Counted from the stretch's first letter, positions 37,653 to 48,007 are shown. The stretch is 64,000 nt of DNA from Gemmatimonadota bacterium (GCA_020351855.1 CP070670.1:2843274-2907273), one strand, 5' to 3'. Notes: generated by a model not told the origin, from the letters alone. Numbers and translations are program-made.

Positions 37653-38708
37653 TCAGGGAGGCGAGCTGGCCGCTGCGGGAGCCTCTTCCCTCCGGTACCG
37701 AGCCCGGTGCTGCAGCGCGAGATCGAGGACGTCACCGGGCACCATCGTGGTCCGGAAGCTCTCCGCGAACGATTCCGCTGCCGCACGCCACGGATCCGCG
37801 TCATCGCCCACCTCAACGCGAATGACCTGGAGACCGCGCATCTCCATCTCGGCCAGCGACTCTTCGTCGCGCCGGGGGATCTCGACCGCCAGCCGCTCGC
37901 CCGCAACTCGCGCCGCCTCGAGCAGCGCGGACTGGTCGCGCTCGGTCAGCTGCTCCCACGCCTCTTCGGCGATCACCGTCGCACCGACGAGGGGAGCGAA
38001 CCCCGGATGCAGCATGTACGGTGTCTGCCGATACCACTGAAAAGCGAGGGCTCCGAGGGGAGGGGCCGGCAGGCCGTCAATCATCCCGCTCTGCAGGCCG
38101 ACCATGATGTCGGTCGCCGACAGCGCGACCGGGTTGTAACCGTTCGCCCGCCAGAGCCGCACGAGGCGGTCGTCGCCCGTCCCCGCGTACATCTTGAGGC
38201 GCTTCAGATCGGACACCGTGCGGGTCGGCGACTTGGAGAAGAAGTGCAGCCAGCCGCCGTAGCCCCAGTGAAGGACGACCAGGCCGTGCGCCCCCAACCT
38301 CTCCTTCAGAGTAGGCGTCAGCCGGTCAAGAACGTAGAAGAACTCCTCGATCGACTCGAAGAAGAGCGGGATCTGGAAGACGTTGAACGCATCGTCCAGC
38401 TCGGCGAGGCCGCTCACCGTCAGGGTTGCCGCCTGCAGCTGCCCGTGGCGGATCTTGCGCAGGGTGGCCTGATCGTCGCCCGCCACCCCTCCCGGATAGA
38501 TGACGAGCCGAACCCGGCCGGCCGTCGCCTCCTGCCATTCGTGACCCATGTCTTCGAGTATCCGGTGCCAGGGAGAGCCGTCGGGCGCCAGCGTGGCCAG
38601 CTTGACGCGCATCCGGCTCTGCGCCGACGCGTTCTCCGTCGCCCCGATGCTCAGGCACAGCACCGCCAGCACGCTCGTCCACGCAAACCATCTCCTCTGC
38701 CGCCCCAT
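37653..38708 (-). CDS. dctP: TRAP substrate-binding protein DctP (TatP-like)
   Basis: Signal peptide; KLATLAP.GSPW, IYPGGVAGD, LQSGMID. Confidence 0.88.
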   Translation of the reverse strand: MGRQRRWFAWTSVLAVLCLSIGATENASAQSRMRVKLATLAPDGSPWHRILEDMGHEWQEATAGRVRLVIYPGGVAGDDQATLRKIRHGQLQAATLTVSGLAELDDAFNVFQIPLFFESIEEFFYVLDRLTPTLKERLGAHGLVVLHWGYGGWLHFFSKSPTRTVSDLKRLKMYAGTGDDRLVRLWRANGYNPVALSATDIMVGLQSGMIDGLPAPPLGALAFQWYRQTPYMLHPGFAPLVGATVIAEEAWEQLTERDQSALLEAARVAGERLAVEIPRRDEESLAEMEMRGLQVIRVEVGDDADPWRAAAESFAESFRTTMVPGDVLDLALQHRARYRREEAPAAASSPP

Positions 38709-38730
38709 CGCTCCCGCTCCGATCCGTTCC

Positions 38731-39660
38731 CTACTCGAGAAAGTAGTCCTCCACGTGGTCCAGCATGTGGCGGGCGCGCCTCTGCGCCACGAGGTTCTGC
38801 AGCCGCCGGCTCGGCTCCGCGTCCGGGTCGATGGCGAGCGCCTGGAGCATCAGTCGCTCGAAGACCTCCCGGTCCTGCTCGGGCAGCATCACGCTCGTGG
38901 CGTACGTGGCGTAGGTGCCCGCCTGCCGGCCTCCGTTCAGCTCGAGGGCGCGCTCGAAGTGCGCCCGAGCAGCCTCCGGACTGCCTCCCATGCTTCTCGG
39001 AAGCCCCCTCAGCATGACAAAGACCTCGTGGATCGCCCCCTCCCCGAAATCCTCTTCGAGGTCCAGCACCCTCTCCATCATCGCGATCACGGCCGGCAGA
39101 TCGGCGATCAGGTCGGGGCGGTCCTTGCCGCGCGAGATCGCCGAGCCCCAGGCGGCCGCCGTCCAGTAAAGCAGCGGCACGTCCTCCAGGGTCATGACGG
39201 CCACGGCGCTGTCCGGGTCCAGGAGCAGGCCCTGCTCGAGCCCGGCGTGCCGGAGCTCCAGGGCGCGCAGGCCGTACCCCTTGGCACGCAGATACAGGCC
39301 GAGCGCCCTGTCGTACTGCTCCCTCGAGCGCTCGTAGTCCTCCTCTTCGAGCAGGATCGCACCCGTCTCCACGCAGACGTACGCATACTGCGTAAAGCCC
39401 TGGGTAGCGCTGAACAGGAGCCGCTGGCTCTCGGGCTGCTTCGCGAGAAGACCCTCCACCGTGGACAGGGCGAAGGGGATGGACTCGCAGACGAACTCCG
39501 GATCGTCCCCCGAAGACCACACCTCCGTCGTCGCCTCCATCAGACCCGTGATGCTGTTGGCCGCCATCTTGTTGACCACCCCGCAACCGCTCAGCGAAAG
39601 CACGAGCAGCGGTGCAGCCGCCGCGAAGCCAGCCCTGCGAAGTCTGGAAGTCGTCTTCAT
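38731..39660 (-). CDS. tatT: TRAP-associated TPR lipoprotein (TatT component of TPAT systems)
   Basis: LSG-C lipobox; DDPE.V, TQYA, LYWTAAAW, GG..E.AR.HFERA; first gene of the TRAP operon. Confidence 0.82.
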   Translation of the reverse strand: MKTTSRLRRAGFAAAAPLLVLSLSGCGVVNKMAANSITGLMEATTEVWSSGDDPEFVCESIPFALSTVEGLLAKQPESQRLLFSATQGFTQYAYVCVETGAILLEEEDYERSREQYDRALGLYLRAKGYGLRALELRHAGLEQGLLLDPDSAVAVMTLEDVPLLYWTAAAWGSAISRGKDRPDLIADLPAVIAMMERVLDLEEDFGEGAIHEVFVMLRGLPRSMGGSPEAARAHFERALELNGGRQAGTYATYATSVMLPEQDREVFERLMLQALAIDPDAEPSRRLQNLVAQRRARHMLDHVEDYFLE

Positions 39661-39789
39661 CCCATTCGGTGCGGGCGAACGTCAGCCGCCGACCTCGATC
39701 CGATACAACATAGCGAGGCAAGATAGCGAACAGGCGTGTGCCGGACCTCGCTGCAGCAGGACGCGGTGTCGATCGGACAGGCGGGACGG

Positions 39790-41961
39790 CTAGCGATCTA
39801 TGCCCAGCTGATCGAGGATGAACGCATACTCCAGGGCAAGCTCACGGTAGCGCCTGTAGCGTCCCGACGCTCCCCCATGTCCCGCGTCCATGTTCGTCTT
39901 GAGCACCAGCAGGTGATCGTCCGTCTTCAGCGCTCGGAGCTTGGCCACCCACTTGGCTGGCTCCCAGTACTGCACCTGCGAATCGTGCAGACCCGTCGTG
40001 ACGAACATCGCGGGATATGCCTTCGGCACGACATTGTCGTACGGGGAATAGGAGAGCATGTACTCGTAGTAGTCCCTGTCGCCCGGGTCGCCCCATTCGT
40101 CGTACTCGAAGGTCGTAAGCGGGATGGACTCATCCAGCATGGTCGTCACCACATCCACGAACGGCACGTGTGCCACGATCCCCCTCCACAACTCCGGACG
40201 CATGTTCGCCACCGCGCCCATCAGGAGCCCGCCCGCGCTTCCTCCTCGGGCGAAGAGGAGGTCCGGCGTCGTGAGGCCGCGTCCGATCAGGTACTCGGCC
40301 GCGTCGATGAAGTCGGCGAACGTGTTCCTCTTATTCAGCAGCCTGCCGTCCTCGTACCACTCCCGTCCTAGCTCCTGCCCCCCCCGAATGTGGGCGATCG
40401 CGTAAACGATGCCGCGATCGAGCAGGCTGAGCCTGGGCGAGTCGAACGACGCGTCGATGCTGGCCCCGTAGGAGCCGTAACCGTAGAGGACGAGCGGATT
40501 CCCCCCCTCCCGGAGTGCGTCGGTCCGATACACGAGGGAGATCGGTACCCTCACGCCGTCCCGGGCCGGCGCGTACAGACGCTCCGTCGTGTAGACCTCC
40601 GGATCGAAGCCGCCGAGCACCTCTTCCCTCTTCAGCAGCAGCTTCTCGCGTCGCCTCATGTCGTAGTCGTAGACGGATTCCGGGGTCTTCATCGATTCGT
40701 AGCCGAACCGCAGGACGTGCGTGTCCATCTCCGGGTTGTCGTGCACCCAGGCCAGATAGGCCGGCTCTCCGAAGTCCAGGTAGTGGTGAGGCCCGCCGGA
40801 CCACGGCTGGATCCTCATGCGGCGCAGACCGTCCTGTCGCTCGACCGTCACCAAGTGGTCTCGAAACACCTCGAAGCCCTCGAGCAACACCCCATCTCGC
40901 TGTCCCAGCACCTCTTCCCAGTGAGCTCGGTCGCTCCGGCCCACAGGCGCCCGGACGAGCCGGAAGTTCTTCGCCCCATCGTTGGTGCGGATGTAGAAGT
41001 GCTCGCCGTGATGGTCGATCCCGTGCTCGTGACCCCGCTCGCGTGGCACGATCACGCGAAACGCCTGACCCGGAGTCGAGGCATCGACGAAACGGTGCTC
41101 GTCAGCCAGGGTATGGCTGCAAGAGATCACGACGAAGCGCTTCGATTTGGTCTTCCATACGTAGCAGCTCCACTCCTCGTCCTGCTCATCGTGCACCAGA
41201 GCGTCGGTGGCGGGATCGGTCCCCAGGATGTGCCGATAGACCGCATACGCCCTCAGGGTCCCGGGGTCACGCTTCACGTAGAAGAGGGTGCGGTTGTCCT
41301 CCGCCCAGGCGATGCTCCCCGAGGTGCCGGTCACCTCCTCCTCGAGGTACTCCCCGCTGTTCAGGTTCAGGAAGCGGATGGTGTACAGACGTCGACCGAT
41401 CGTGTCCTCGGCAAAGGCCAGGATGTCGGCTTCGGAGCTCACCCGAAGTCCGGCCGCAGCGTAGAAGTCATGGCCTTCGGCCAGCCGGTTGACGTCCAGC
41501 AGCAACTGCTCCGGAGCCTCCATCGAGCCCTCACGGCGCGCGTAGATCGGATACTCCTGTCCGTCCTCCGTCCGGCGGTAGTAGTAGAAATCGCCTTCCC
41601 GATAGGGCACCGACAGGTCCGTCTGCTTGATCCGGCCTTTGATCTCCCGGAAGAGAGACTCCTGCAGACCCTCCGTGTGGGCCATCATTTGCGCGGTGTA
41701 GTCGTTCTCCGCCTGCAGGTACTCAAGGACCGCCGGATCATCGCGGCGGCTGAGCCAGTAGTAGTCGTCGACCCGCACGTGTCCATGGTTCTCCAGACTC
41801 GTCGGCCACACCGGGGCGACCGGAGGTACGGGCCTGTCCGGTGCCGGCTCCTGAGCGGGCAGCCTGTGCGCGAGCGCGGGGCTCAAGAGTGCCAGACCGA
41901 CAAGGAACTGGACGACTCGATGGGACGGCGGGCGGCACCTGGCCGTGCGGGCGCGAAACAT
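39790..41961 (-). CDS. ptrB: Oligopeptidase B (S9A)
   Basis: RVDDYYWL, YGYGSYG, GGSAGGLL, VPFVDV, EYDEWG, DSQVQYWEPAKW, GHGG. Confidence 0.93.
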   Translation of the reverse strand: MFRARTARCRPPSHRVVQFLVGLALLSPALAHRLPAQEPAPDRPVPPVAPVWPTSLENHGHVRVDDYYWLSRRDDPAVLEYLQAENDYTAQMMAHTEGLQESLFREIKGRIKQTDLSVPYREGDFYYYRRTEDGQEYPIYARREGSMEAPEQLLLDVNRLAEGHDFYAAAGLRVSSEADILAFAEDTIGRRLYTIRFLNLNSGEYLEEEVTGTSGSIAWAEDNRTLFYVKRDPGTLRAYAVYRHILGTDPATDALVHDEQDEEWSCYVWKTKSKRFVVISCSHTLADEHRFVDASTPGQAFRVIVPRERGHEHGIDHHGEHFYIRTNDGAKNFRLVRAPVGRSDRAHWEEVLGQRDGVLLEGFEVFRDHLVTVERQDGLRRMRIQPWSGGPHHYLDFGEPAYLAWVHDNPEMDTHVLRFGYESMKTPESVYDYDMRRREKLLLKREEVLGGFDPEVYTTERLYAPARDGVRVPISLVYRTDALREGGNPLVLYGYGSYGASIDASFDSPRLSLLDRGIVYAIAHIRGGQELGREWYEDGRLLNKRNTFADFIDAAEYLIGRGLTTPDLLFARGGSAGGLLMGAVANMRPELWRGIVAHVPFVDVVTTMLDESIPLTTFEYDEWGDPGDRDYYEYMLSYSPYDNVVPKAYPAMFVTTGLHDSQVQYWEPAKWVAKLRALKTDDHLLVLKTNMDAGHGGASGRYRRYRELALEYAFILDQLGIDR

Positions 41962-42088
41962 CGGGATACCTCCTTCAGGCTTACCTCACGGGAAGGAACG
42001 CGCGGAACGCGACGTGGCCCCGAGGGAACCTCCCCGAGGCCGAGCCGTCGCGGACCGAGCCGGGTGGGAACGGACCTCCGGCCGGGGC

Positions 42089-43444
42089 CTAGACGGCCCC
42101 GTAGGCGAGCATCGCGTCGGCCACCTTGATGAACCCCGCGACGTTCGCGCCCTTCGGGTAGTTGACGAAATCACCCTCGTCGCCGTGCTCTACGCACTGT
42201 TCGTGGATGCTCCGCATCACCTTCTTGAGCTCGGCATCCACCTGCGCGTGCGTCCAGGAAAGCCCGATCGCGTTCTGGCTCATCTCCAGGCCGGACACGG
42301 CCACGCCGCCGGCGTTGGCCGCCTTGCCGAGTCCGTAGCAGATCTTGGCATCCAGAAACACCTGAACACCCTCCGGCTCGGTCGGCATGTTCGCGCCCTC
42401 GCCCACCGCGATGATGCCGTTCTTGACGAGTGTGCGCGCGTCCTCTCCCGTCAGCTCGTTCTGGGTCGCACAGGGGAAGGCGAGATCGACAGGCACGACC
42501 CAGGGATTCGTCTTCGGTTGGAAGGTGGCGCTGTCGAAGTGGTCGGCATACTCGTGAATCCGGCCGCGCCGCACCTCCTTGAGATCCCTCAGCCAGGCCA
42601 GCTTCTCCTCGTCGATTCCGTCCGGATCGTGAACGAAGCCGCTCGAATCCGACGCCGTGACCACCTTTGCTCCCTTCTCCACGAGCTTCTCGATCGTATA
42701 GATCGCGACGTTGCCCGATCCCGACACGGCGGCCGTCTTGCCCTCGAAGCCTTCCCCGATGTGCTCCAGCATGTGCTCGGTGAAGTAGACCACCCCGTAA
42801 CCGGTCGCTTCCTTCCGGACACGGCTGCCGCCGAACGACAACCCCTTACCGGTAAGGACGCCCGCCACGCGATTCACCAGACGCTTGTACTGGCCGTACA
42901 TGAAGCCGATCTCACGCGCTCCCACGCCGATGTCGCCCGCCGGTATGTCGGTGTTCTCGCCAATGTGCCGGGAAAGCTCCACCATGAGCGACTGGCAGAA
43001 GCTCATGACCTCGTTGTCGCTCTTTCCCTTCGGATCGAAGTTCGCCCCTCCCTTCGCGCCCCCCATGGGAAGGCCCGTGAGCGCGTTCTTGAAGGTCTGT
43101 TCGAAACCCAGAAACTTCAGCGTGCCCAGCGTTACCGTGGGGTGGAAGCGGAGCCCGCCCTTGTAAGGACCGATCGAGTTGTTGAACTGGACGCGCCATG
43201 CACGGTTGACGTGAATCTCACCATCGTCGTCGACCCAGGTGACCCGGAACGTGATCACCCGGTCCGGCTCGCACATCCGCTCCAGTATCTTTGCCTCGCG
43301 GTACCGCTCGTGCTCCAGCACGAACGGCATCAGCGTCTCGACGACCTCGTGAACCGCCTGGTGGAACTCCGGCTCGCCGGGGTTCCTCCGGACCACCCAA
43401 TCCATGAACTGGTCGATCTCCTTGGTAACACCTGCAGCGGACAT
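42089..43444 (-). CDS. gdhA: NADP-specific glutamate dehydrogenase
   Basis: EFHQAV.EV, GPYKGGLRFHP, PMGGAKGG, PAGDIGVG, EATGYG, EGANMP, KAANAGGVAVS. Confidence 0.96.
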   Translation of the reverse strand: MSAAGVTKEIDQFMDWVVRRNPGEPEFHQAVHEVVETLMPFVLEHERYREAKILERMCEPDRVITFRVTWVDDDGEIHVNRAWRVQFNNSIGPYKGGLRFHPTVTLGTLKFLGFEQTFKNALTGLPMGGAKGGANFDPKGKSDNEVMSFCQSLMVELSRHIGENTDIPAGDIGVGAREIGFMYGQYKRLVNRVAGVLTGKGLSFGGSRVRKEATGYGVVYFTEHMLEHIGEGFEGKTAAVSGSGNVAIYTIEKLVEKGAKVVTASDSSGFVHDPDGIDEEKLAWLRDLKEVRRGRIHEYADHFDSATFQPKTNPWVVPVDLAFPCATQNELTGEDARTLVKNGIIAVGEGANMPTEPEGVQVFLDAKICYGLGKAANAGGVAVSGLEMSQNAIGLSWTHAQVDAELKKVMRSIHEQCVEHGDEGDFVNYPKGANVAGFIKVADAMLAYGAV

Positions 43445-43624
43445 CGGCCTCTCCTATGTGTGCTGATCTTTGCGGGCTTGCGTGTGCAGTTCGATCGCAG
43501 TCGCTATCGCATCGCGGATTCCAGGACTTGGCACCGCCGGTGCCGGAGCACTGATAACCGGCCTTCCGACAAACCGCCAGACCCCGAGGGCGCTGCCCCG
43601 AGCCGGGGACAGCTGTCGGACAAC

Positions 43625-43656
43625 AAGAAGAAGGGCGGCCTCGCAAGAGGCCGCCC
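43625..43656 (-). terminator. Rho-independent terminator after the SnoaL-like gene
   Basis: GGGCGGCCTC-N4-GAGGCCGCCC stem followed on the minus strand by TTCTTCTT. Confidence 0.75.
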
Positions 43657-43691
43657 CCCGGGTTGAGCGAGCAGCCGAAACCATCCTGCGT

Positions 43692-44153
43692 TCAGAACGC
43701 GGTCGTCACGGGCTTCTCCAGCAGGGAGACTCCGAGCTGCTGCAGCATCGTGAGCAGATCGAAATAGTTTCGATTCTCCTTCACGACCTCGCCCTCGAGC
43801 TCGAACACCTCAGCCGATCGCACGGTGCACGGCTTGAAGGTCGCGGCGATCTCGCCCATCGGGCCGCGGAGCGTTCCGTTGTGGGTGCCCTTCCACTCGA
43901 CCTCGGCGATGACGTACTTGTCATGCGCGAAGATGTTCTTCACGTCGCCCTTGAGGTCCGAGAATGCATTCCGCCAGTCCTTGAACGCCTCGATGATCTG
44001 CGCCTGGCCCTGGAGGCGGCGGCCCGTGGCCGGCTCCGTGTACACGGCATTGGGTGACAGGAGCGACCTGATCTTGTCCCAGTCCCCCCTGTTGAACGCC
44101 TCGATGTGATCCCGACCGATGCGGATGGGATCGAAGTGCTTGCCCCTTTCCAT
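43692..44153 (-). CDS. SnoaL-like ester cyclase (NTF2 fold)
   Basis: AAAGGAGG RBS; AFN.GD, AF.DL, W.GTH.G, YFD...L.QLG. Confidence 0.85.
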   Translation of the reverse strand: MERGKHFDPIRIGRDHIEAFNRGDWDKIRSLLSPNAVYTEPATGRRLQGQAQIIEAFKDWRNAFSDLKGDVKNIFAHDKYVIAEVEWKGTHNGTLRGPMGEIAATFKPCTVRSAEVFELEGEVVKENRNYFDLLTMLQQLGVSLLEKPVTTAF

Positions 44154-44568
44154 GGCATCCTCCTTTCGAGACTTTCGGAGGTCCGAAGGCGGTGCCTCCG
44201 GACCGTGCGGCCCGGATGGGTGCACGCGGTCGGGGGTCATTGCCTTGCGCCGGCTGCCCGCAGTTGTAGCTTGATCCCTCGCACGCGTGAGCCCTACCCG
44301 GGGTCGCGCGTCACGGGCTGTCCGCCGGTGTCCTCCTCCAAGAGCCACCGGCTGGCAGCCTTTTGCATGTTGGCCGGCCCGACGTGCGCCGAAGCCGGCT
44401 GTCATACTCGTCGGAACTACGGTATGGGGAAATTCGCCATCCGGCTATCGGGCAAAGAACGACGAGAACTGTCCGGAGATTCTCCATTCGGCGCCGGCGC
44501 TCGGCGTCACGGAGCGGCGGTAGGTCCGGTTTGTCCCCAGTAGGCCGATGCGCCCCCCCGTCTGCCCC

Positions 44569-45885
44569 CTAGCCCCGCAGGACCGCGCGCAGACTCCCTA
44601 TCACCTGCTCCACATCCGACTCGCTGAAGATGAGCGACGGACGGAAACGAATGGAGCGCGGACCGCTGGTCAGTGTGGCGAGACCGGCGTCCCAGCAGCG
44701 GGCACGCACCTCGTTGCGCGTCGAGCCGTCGGGTAAATCGAAGGCAAGCATGCACCCCCTGCCGCGCGCGTTGCTCACCACGTCGAACTCGTCCTCCAGC
44801 TCTTGCAGGCCTTGCAGGAACAGCTCGCCCACGCGGTCCGCGTTCGCGACGAGTGCCTCCTCCTTCATCAGCTCCAGGTATCGCGCGCAGCGAACCATGT
44901 CGACCAGGTTGCCCCCCCAGGTCGAGTTGATGCGACCGGACACGTTGAAGACGTTGGTCGGAATCTCGTCGATACGGCGCGTGCTCATGATTCCGCACAC
45001 CTGGGTCTTCTTGCCGAAGGCTACGATGTCGGGCGTGACGCCAAAGTGCTCGTACGCCCACATGGCGCCGGTGCTGCCCATCCCCGTCTGGACCTCGTCA
45101 AAGATGAGGAGGGCATCCCGTGCGTCGGCAACGCGCCGGAGCGCCTGGAGAAACTCGGCCCGGAAATGGTTGTCCCCGCCCTCGCCCTGGATAGGCTCGA
45201 TCAGGATGCCCGCGATCCCGTGCGGATCTCTATCGAACGCCTCCTCGATCTCCCGCAGGGAGGCCTGCTCCGCCGCCTCCGCGGCCGACTCATCGATCGG
45301 AAAGTGAAGCTTGGGATTCGAGATCCGGGGCCAGTCGAAGCGGGGAAAGTCGGCCACTTTGACCGGGTCCGTGCTGGTGACCGAGAGGGCATAGCCCGTG
45401 CGGCCGTGGAATCCTTCCCGGAAGTGGAGGATCTTGTCCGCTCCGCCATCCACGCCCCTGCTTCGATTGAGCTGGGCCTTCCAGTCGAAGGCGGCCTTCA
45501 TCGCGTTCTCCACGGCCGGAGCACCGCCGGCCACGAAGAAGAGGTGCGGGAACTCGTCGGGAACGGCCCGCTCCCGGAAGGTGCGCACGAAGCCCGCGTA
45601 CTCACGGCAATAGACGTCGCTGTTGGCCGGGTTGGCGAGGGCCGCCAACATGAGGGAACTCCGGAATCCCTCGTCATCCAGTCCCGGGTGGTTGTGCCCC
45701 AGGGGCAGGGTGGCAAAGTAGGCGTAACAGTCCAGGTACTCCTTGCCCGTCAGGGCATCGACCATGACCGTCCCGTGGGACTTCTCCAGATCGATCACGA
45801 TGTGGAAGCCGTCCACGAGGACGTTCGCCTTGAGGGTGGGAAACACCTCGCTGGCCGGTACGGTCACGCCCCTGTCCAGTATCAT
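44569..45885 (-). CDS. lat: L-lysine 6-transaminase (class III PLP aminotransferase)
   Basis: DLEKSHG, NPANSD, AVENA.KAAFDWK, FHGRTGY, EPIQGEGGD, DEVQTG, FGKK.QVCG, RINSTWGG. Confidence 0.9.
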   Translation of the reverse strand: MILDRGVTVPASEVFPTLKANVLVDGFHIVIDLEKSHGTVMVDALTGKEYLDCYAYFATLPLGHNHPGLDDEGFRSSLMLAALANPANSDVYCREYAGFVRTFRERAVPDEFPHLFFVAGGAPAVENAMKAAFDWKAQLNRSRGVDGGADKILHFREGFHGRTGYALSVTSTDPVKVADFPRFDWPRISNPKLHFPIDESAAEAAEQASLREIEEAFDRDPHGIAGILIEPIQGEGGDNHFRAEFLQALRRVADARDALLIFDEVQTGMGSTGAMWAYEHFGVTPDIVAFGKKTQVCGIMSTRRIDEIPTNVFNVSGRINSTWGGNLVDMVRCARYLELMKEEALVANADRVGELFLQGLQELEDEFDVVSNARGRGCMLAFDLPDGSTRNEVRARCWDAGLATLTSGPRSIRFRPSLIFSESDVEQVIGSLRAVLRG

Positions 45886-46066
45886 GTGTGACACGAGTCG
45901 CCTCGGTGGTTGCGGTGAGCGGAAGTCGGGTTGACGCGACTTCGCGAGCCTCTCTGGATCGTTCACTCCTCGGGACAAGATATCAAGATGGCCGACCGGC
46001 GGCCCCTCCGGATCCGGTCGGCCCGCCGCCATTTCGGTCTCGCGCCGACCGGTCTACGTTGCCGCC

Positions 46067-46531
46067 ATGGAACCTCGACCGTTCGTCGTGGATGAGCGCG
46101 TCCGCTGGTCGGACGTCGATTTCGCCGGAATCATATTCTACGGCGCCTACTTCCGATTCTTCGAGCTTGGCGAGATGGAGCTCTTCCGGGCGGCCGGCCT
46201 GCCGTACAGCGAGGTGTTCGAGCGGTTCGACATCTGGTTGCCGCGGGTCCACCTCGACTGCGATTTCAAGTACCCGGCGCGGCTCGACGACGAGCTGACG
46301 GTGGCGGCGTACTTCACACGCTTCGGCACCAGCTCGATCTCCATCAACTTCGATGTCCTGCACCGGGGTGCCCGAACACTCGCGGCCACGGGCCACGTCG
46401 TCCTCGTGTGCACCGGGAGAGACCCCATTAAGCCCCGGCCGCTCCCGCAGGAGGTCCGGGCACTCCTCGAGCCGTTCGCCATGAGCGAGGGCGCGGCGCG
46501 GCGGTTCCTCGGTCTGGGGGCGGAGGCCTAA
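46067..46531 (+). CDS. Acyl-CoA thioesterase (4HBT/YbgC hotdog fold)
   Basis: VRWSDVDFAGI.F...Y.RFFE, PAR.DD motifs. Confidence 0.85.
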   Translation: MEPRPFVVDERVRWSDVDFAGIIFYGAYFRFFELGEMELFRAAGLPYSEVFERFDIWLPRVHLDCDFKYPARLDDELTVAAYFTRFGTSSISINFDVLHRGARTLAATGHVVLVCTGRDPIKPRPLPQEVRALLEPFAMSEGAARRFLGLGAEA

Positions 46532-46554
46532 TCTCGGACACGGCCCAAAGGCCG

Positions 46555-46983
46555 CTAGCGCTCAACCGTAAAGTGGACCGTGTCGGCCGCCGGAGGGCTG
46601 AGGGGTACATGACTCCGATCGGCGAGCACCGCGATCACGCGATGCGCGCCTGGCTCCAGCTCCTCCAAGACGAACTCCGTCTCGCCACCCCCTAGGTGGA
46701 GAATGCCGAGCACCCCGGCGGGGATCGTGTCGCTCAGCGGGGTGATGTCGCGGTCGATGAAGAGGTGGTGGTGGGCCGTCCCCTCCCTCTCCGCAGCGAC
46801 GGGGGCGATCTGCACCGCCCGGGCGCGCAGAACGACTCGGACGTTGCCATCGGGGAGCACGGCTCCCTCTTCCGGCGCGACGATCTCGACGCTCGGGGGT
46901 TCGGGTTCCCCCTGACCGCAGGAGATCACGCCGATCACAAGGAGCGTCATCGCGGCAGCTCCTGCCTTGGGCCATCGGCTCAT
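46555..46983 (-). CDS. DUF4399-like lipoprotein
   Basis: AGGAGG RBS; VIS-C lipobox; AHHHLFID, HLGGG.TE, LEPG.H, D..H. Confidence 0.75.
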   Translation of the reverse strand: MSRWPKAGAAAMTLLVIGVISCGQGEPEPPSVEIVAPEEGAVLPDGNVRVVLRARAVQIAPVAAEREGTAHHHLFIDRDITPLSDTIPAGVLGILHLGGGETEFVLEELEPGAHRVIAVLADRSHVPLSPPAADTVHFTVER

Positions 46984-47123
46984 GTTCAACGCCCTCCTCC
47001 TTGCACGGTTTCCCGCACGCCGGGTCTCGGCCTTCTCCGCCGGGAACCGGGCGGCTGTGCGCTGCGTTTCCATCTCGACCGTTCGCCGGCGAGCGACCGT
47101 TCGTTCTCCAATCGAGGGATAGG

Positions 47124-47741
47124 ATGATGATGCGGAACTTTCTTGCGCTTCCTGGGCTCGCCGTTGGCAGCCTCCTGGCACTGGGGCACCCCGACGGCCC
47201 GGCAGCCGACTGGAACGTGGACGCGAGCCACACAGAGATCAACTTCTCGGTCCGGCACTTCTTCACCCCGGTCTCGGGATCGTTCCACGCGTACGAGATC
47301 GAACTGGACTTCGACCCCGAGCGACCGGAGCGCAGCAGCGTGAAGGTGGAGGTCGACGTGGCCAGCATCGACACGGGGAATGAGAAGCGGGATGATCACC
47401 TCAGGTCGGCCGACTGGTTCGATGCCGCGCGGCACCCCCACATCCGATTCGAGAGCAGCACGGTACGGCAGGTCGGAGAAGACCGGTATCTGGCAACAGG
47501 GACGCTCACGATCAAGGAGACAAGGAGGAAGTTCGAGCTCCCGATCACCCTGCTCGGAATCCAGGACATTCCGGAGCCGATGCGTCCGATGCTGGGAGGC
47601 ATCAGCCGGGTTGCCAGCTTCGAGGCCGCGGCGGAGCTGGACCGGCGTGACTTCGGGGTCGGGGTCGGATCGTGGGCTGAGACTGCCATTGTAGGATCGG
47701 AGGTGCGGATCGCCATCGCCGTGGAGGTCAACCGCTCCTAG
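47124..47741 (+). CDS. YceI family lipid/polyisoprenoid-binding protein
   Basis: Signal peptide; W.VD.SH...F.V.H, SIDTG..KRD.HL.S.D.FD, G.LTI, LDRRDFGV. Confidence 0.9.
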   Translation: MMMRNFLALPGLAVGSLLALGHPDGPAADWNVDASHTEINFSVRHFFTPVSGSFHAYEIELDFDPERPERSSVKVEVDVASIDTGNEKRDDHLRSADWFDAARHPHIRFESSTVRQVGEDRYLATGTLTIKETRRKFELPITLLGIQDIPEPMRPMLGGISRVASFEAAAELDRRDFGVGVGSWAETAIVGSEVRIAIAVEVNRS

Positions 47742-47764
47742 CCGGCGGTGGGGAGCGCGGGAGG

Positions 47765-48007
47765 TCAGTCCGGTCCTGCACGGAAACAGGTGACCTCCCA
47801 CGCGTCCCGCTCTTCGTCGTGGCGGAGGATGTACGTGCCCCCCTCCGGCGTGCGGACCTTGGCGTAGACGTATCCCTCCCCGAACCAGCGGTCCTGTACC
47901 TCGGCGACGTCGTGATCGCCTTCCCCAAGCCCGAAGCGGAGCGGGGTCGGGAGCGATCCGTCCCGCCTCCACGTCACACGAAGCCCGGGGTGCTGCCGCT
48001 CAGACAT
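47765..48007 (-). CDS. Small hypothetical protein (DUF6504-like)
   Basis: AGGAG RBS; P..F......V..V.DRW...Y..V...G..Y.L......W pattern. Confidence 0.65.
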   Translation of the reverse strand: MSERQHPGLRVTWRRDGSLPTPLRFGLGEGDHDVAEVQDRWFGEGYVYAKVRTPEGGTYILRHDEERDAWEVTCFRAGPD

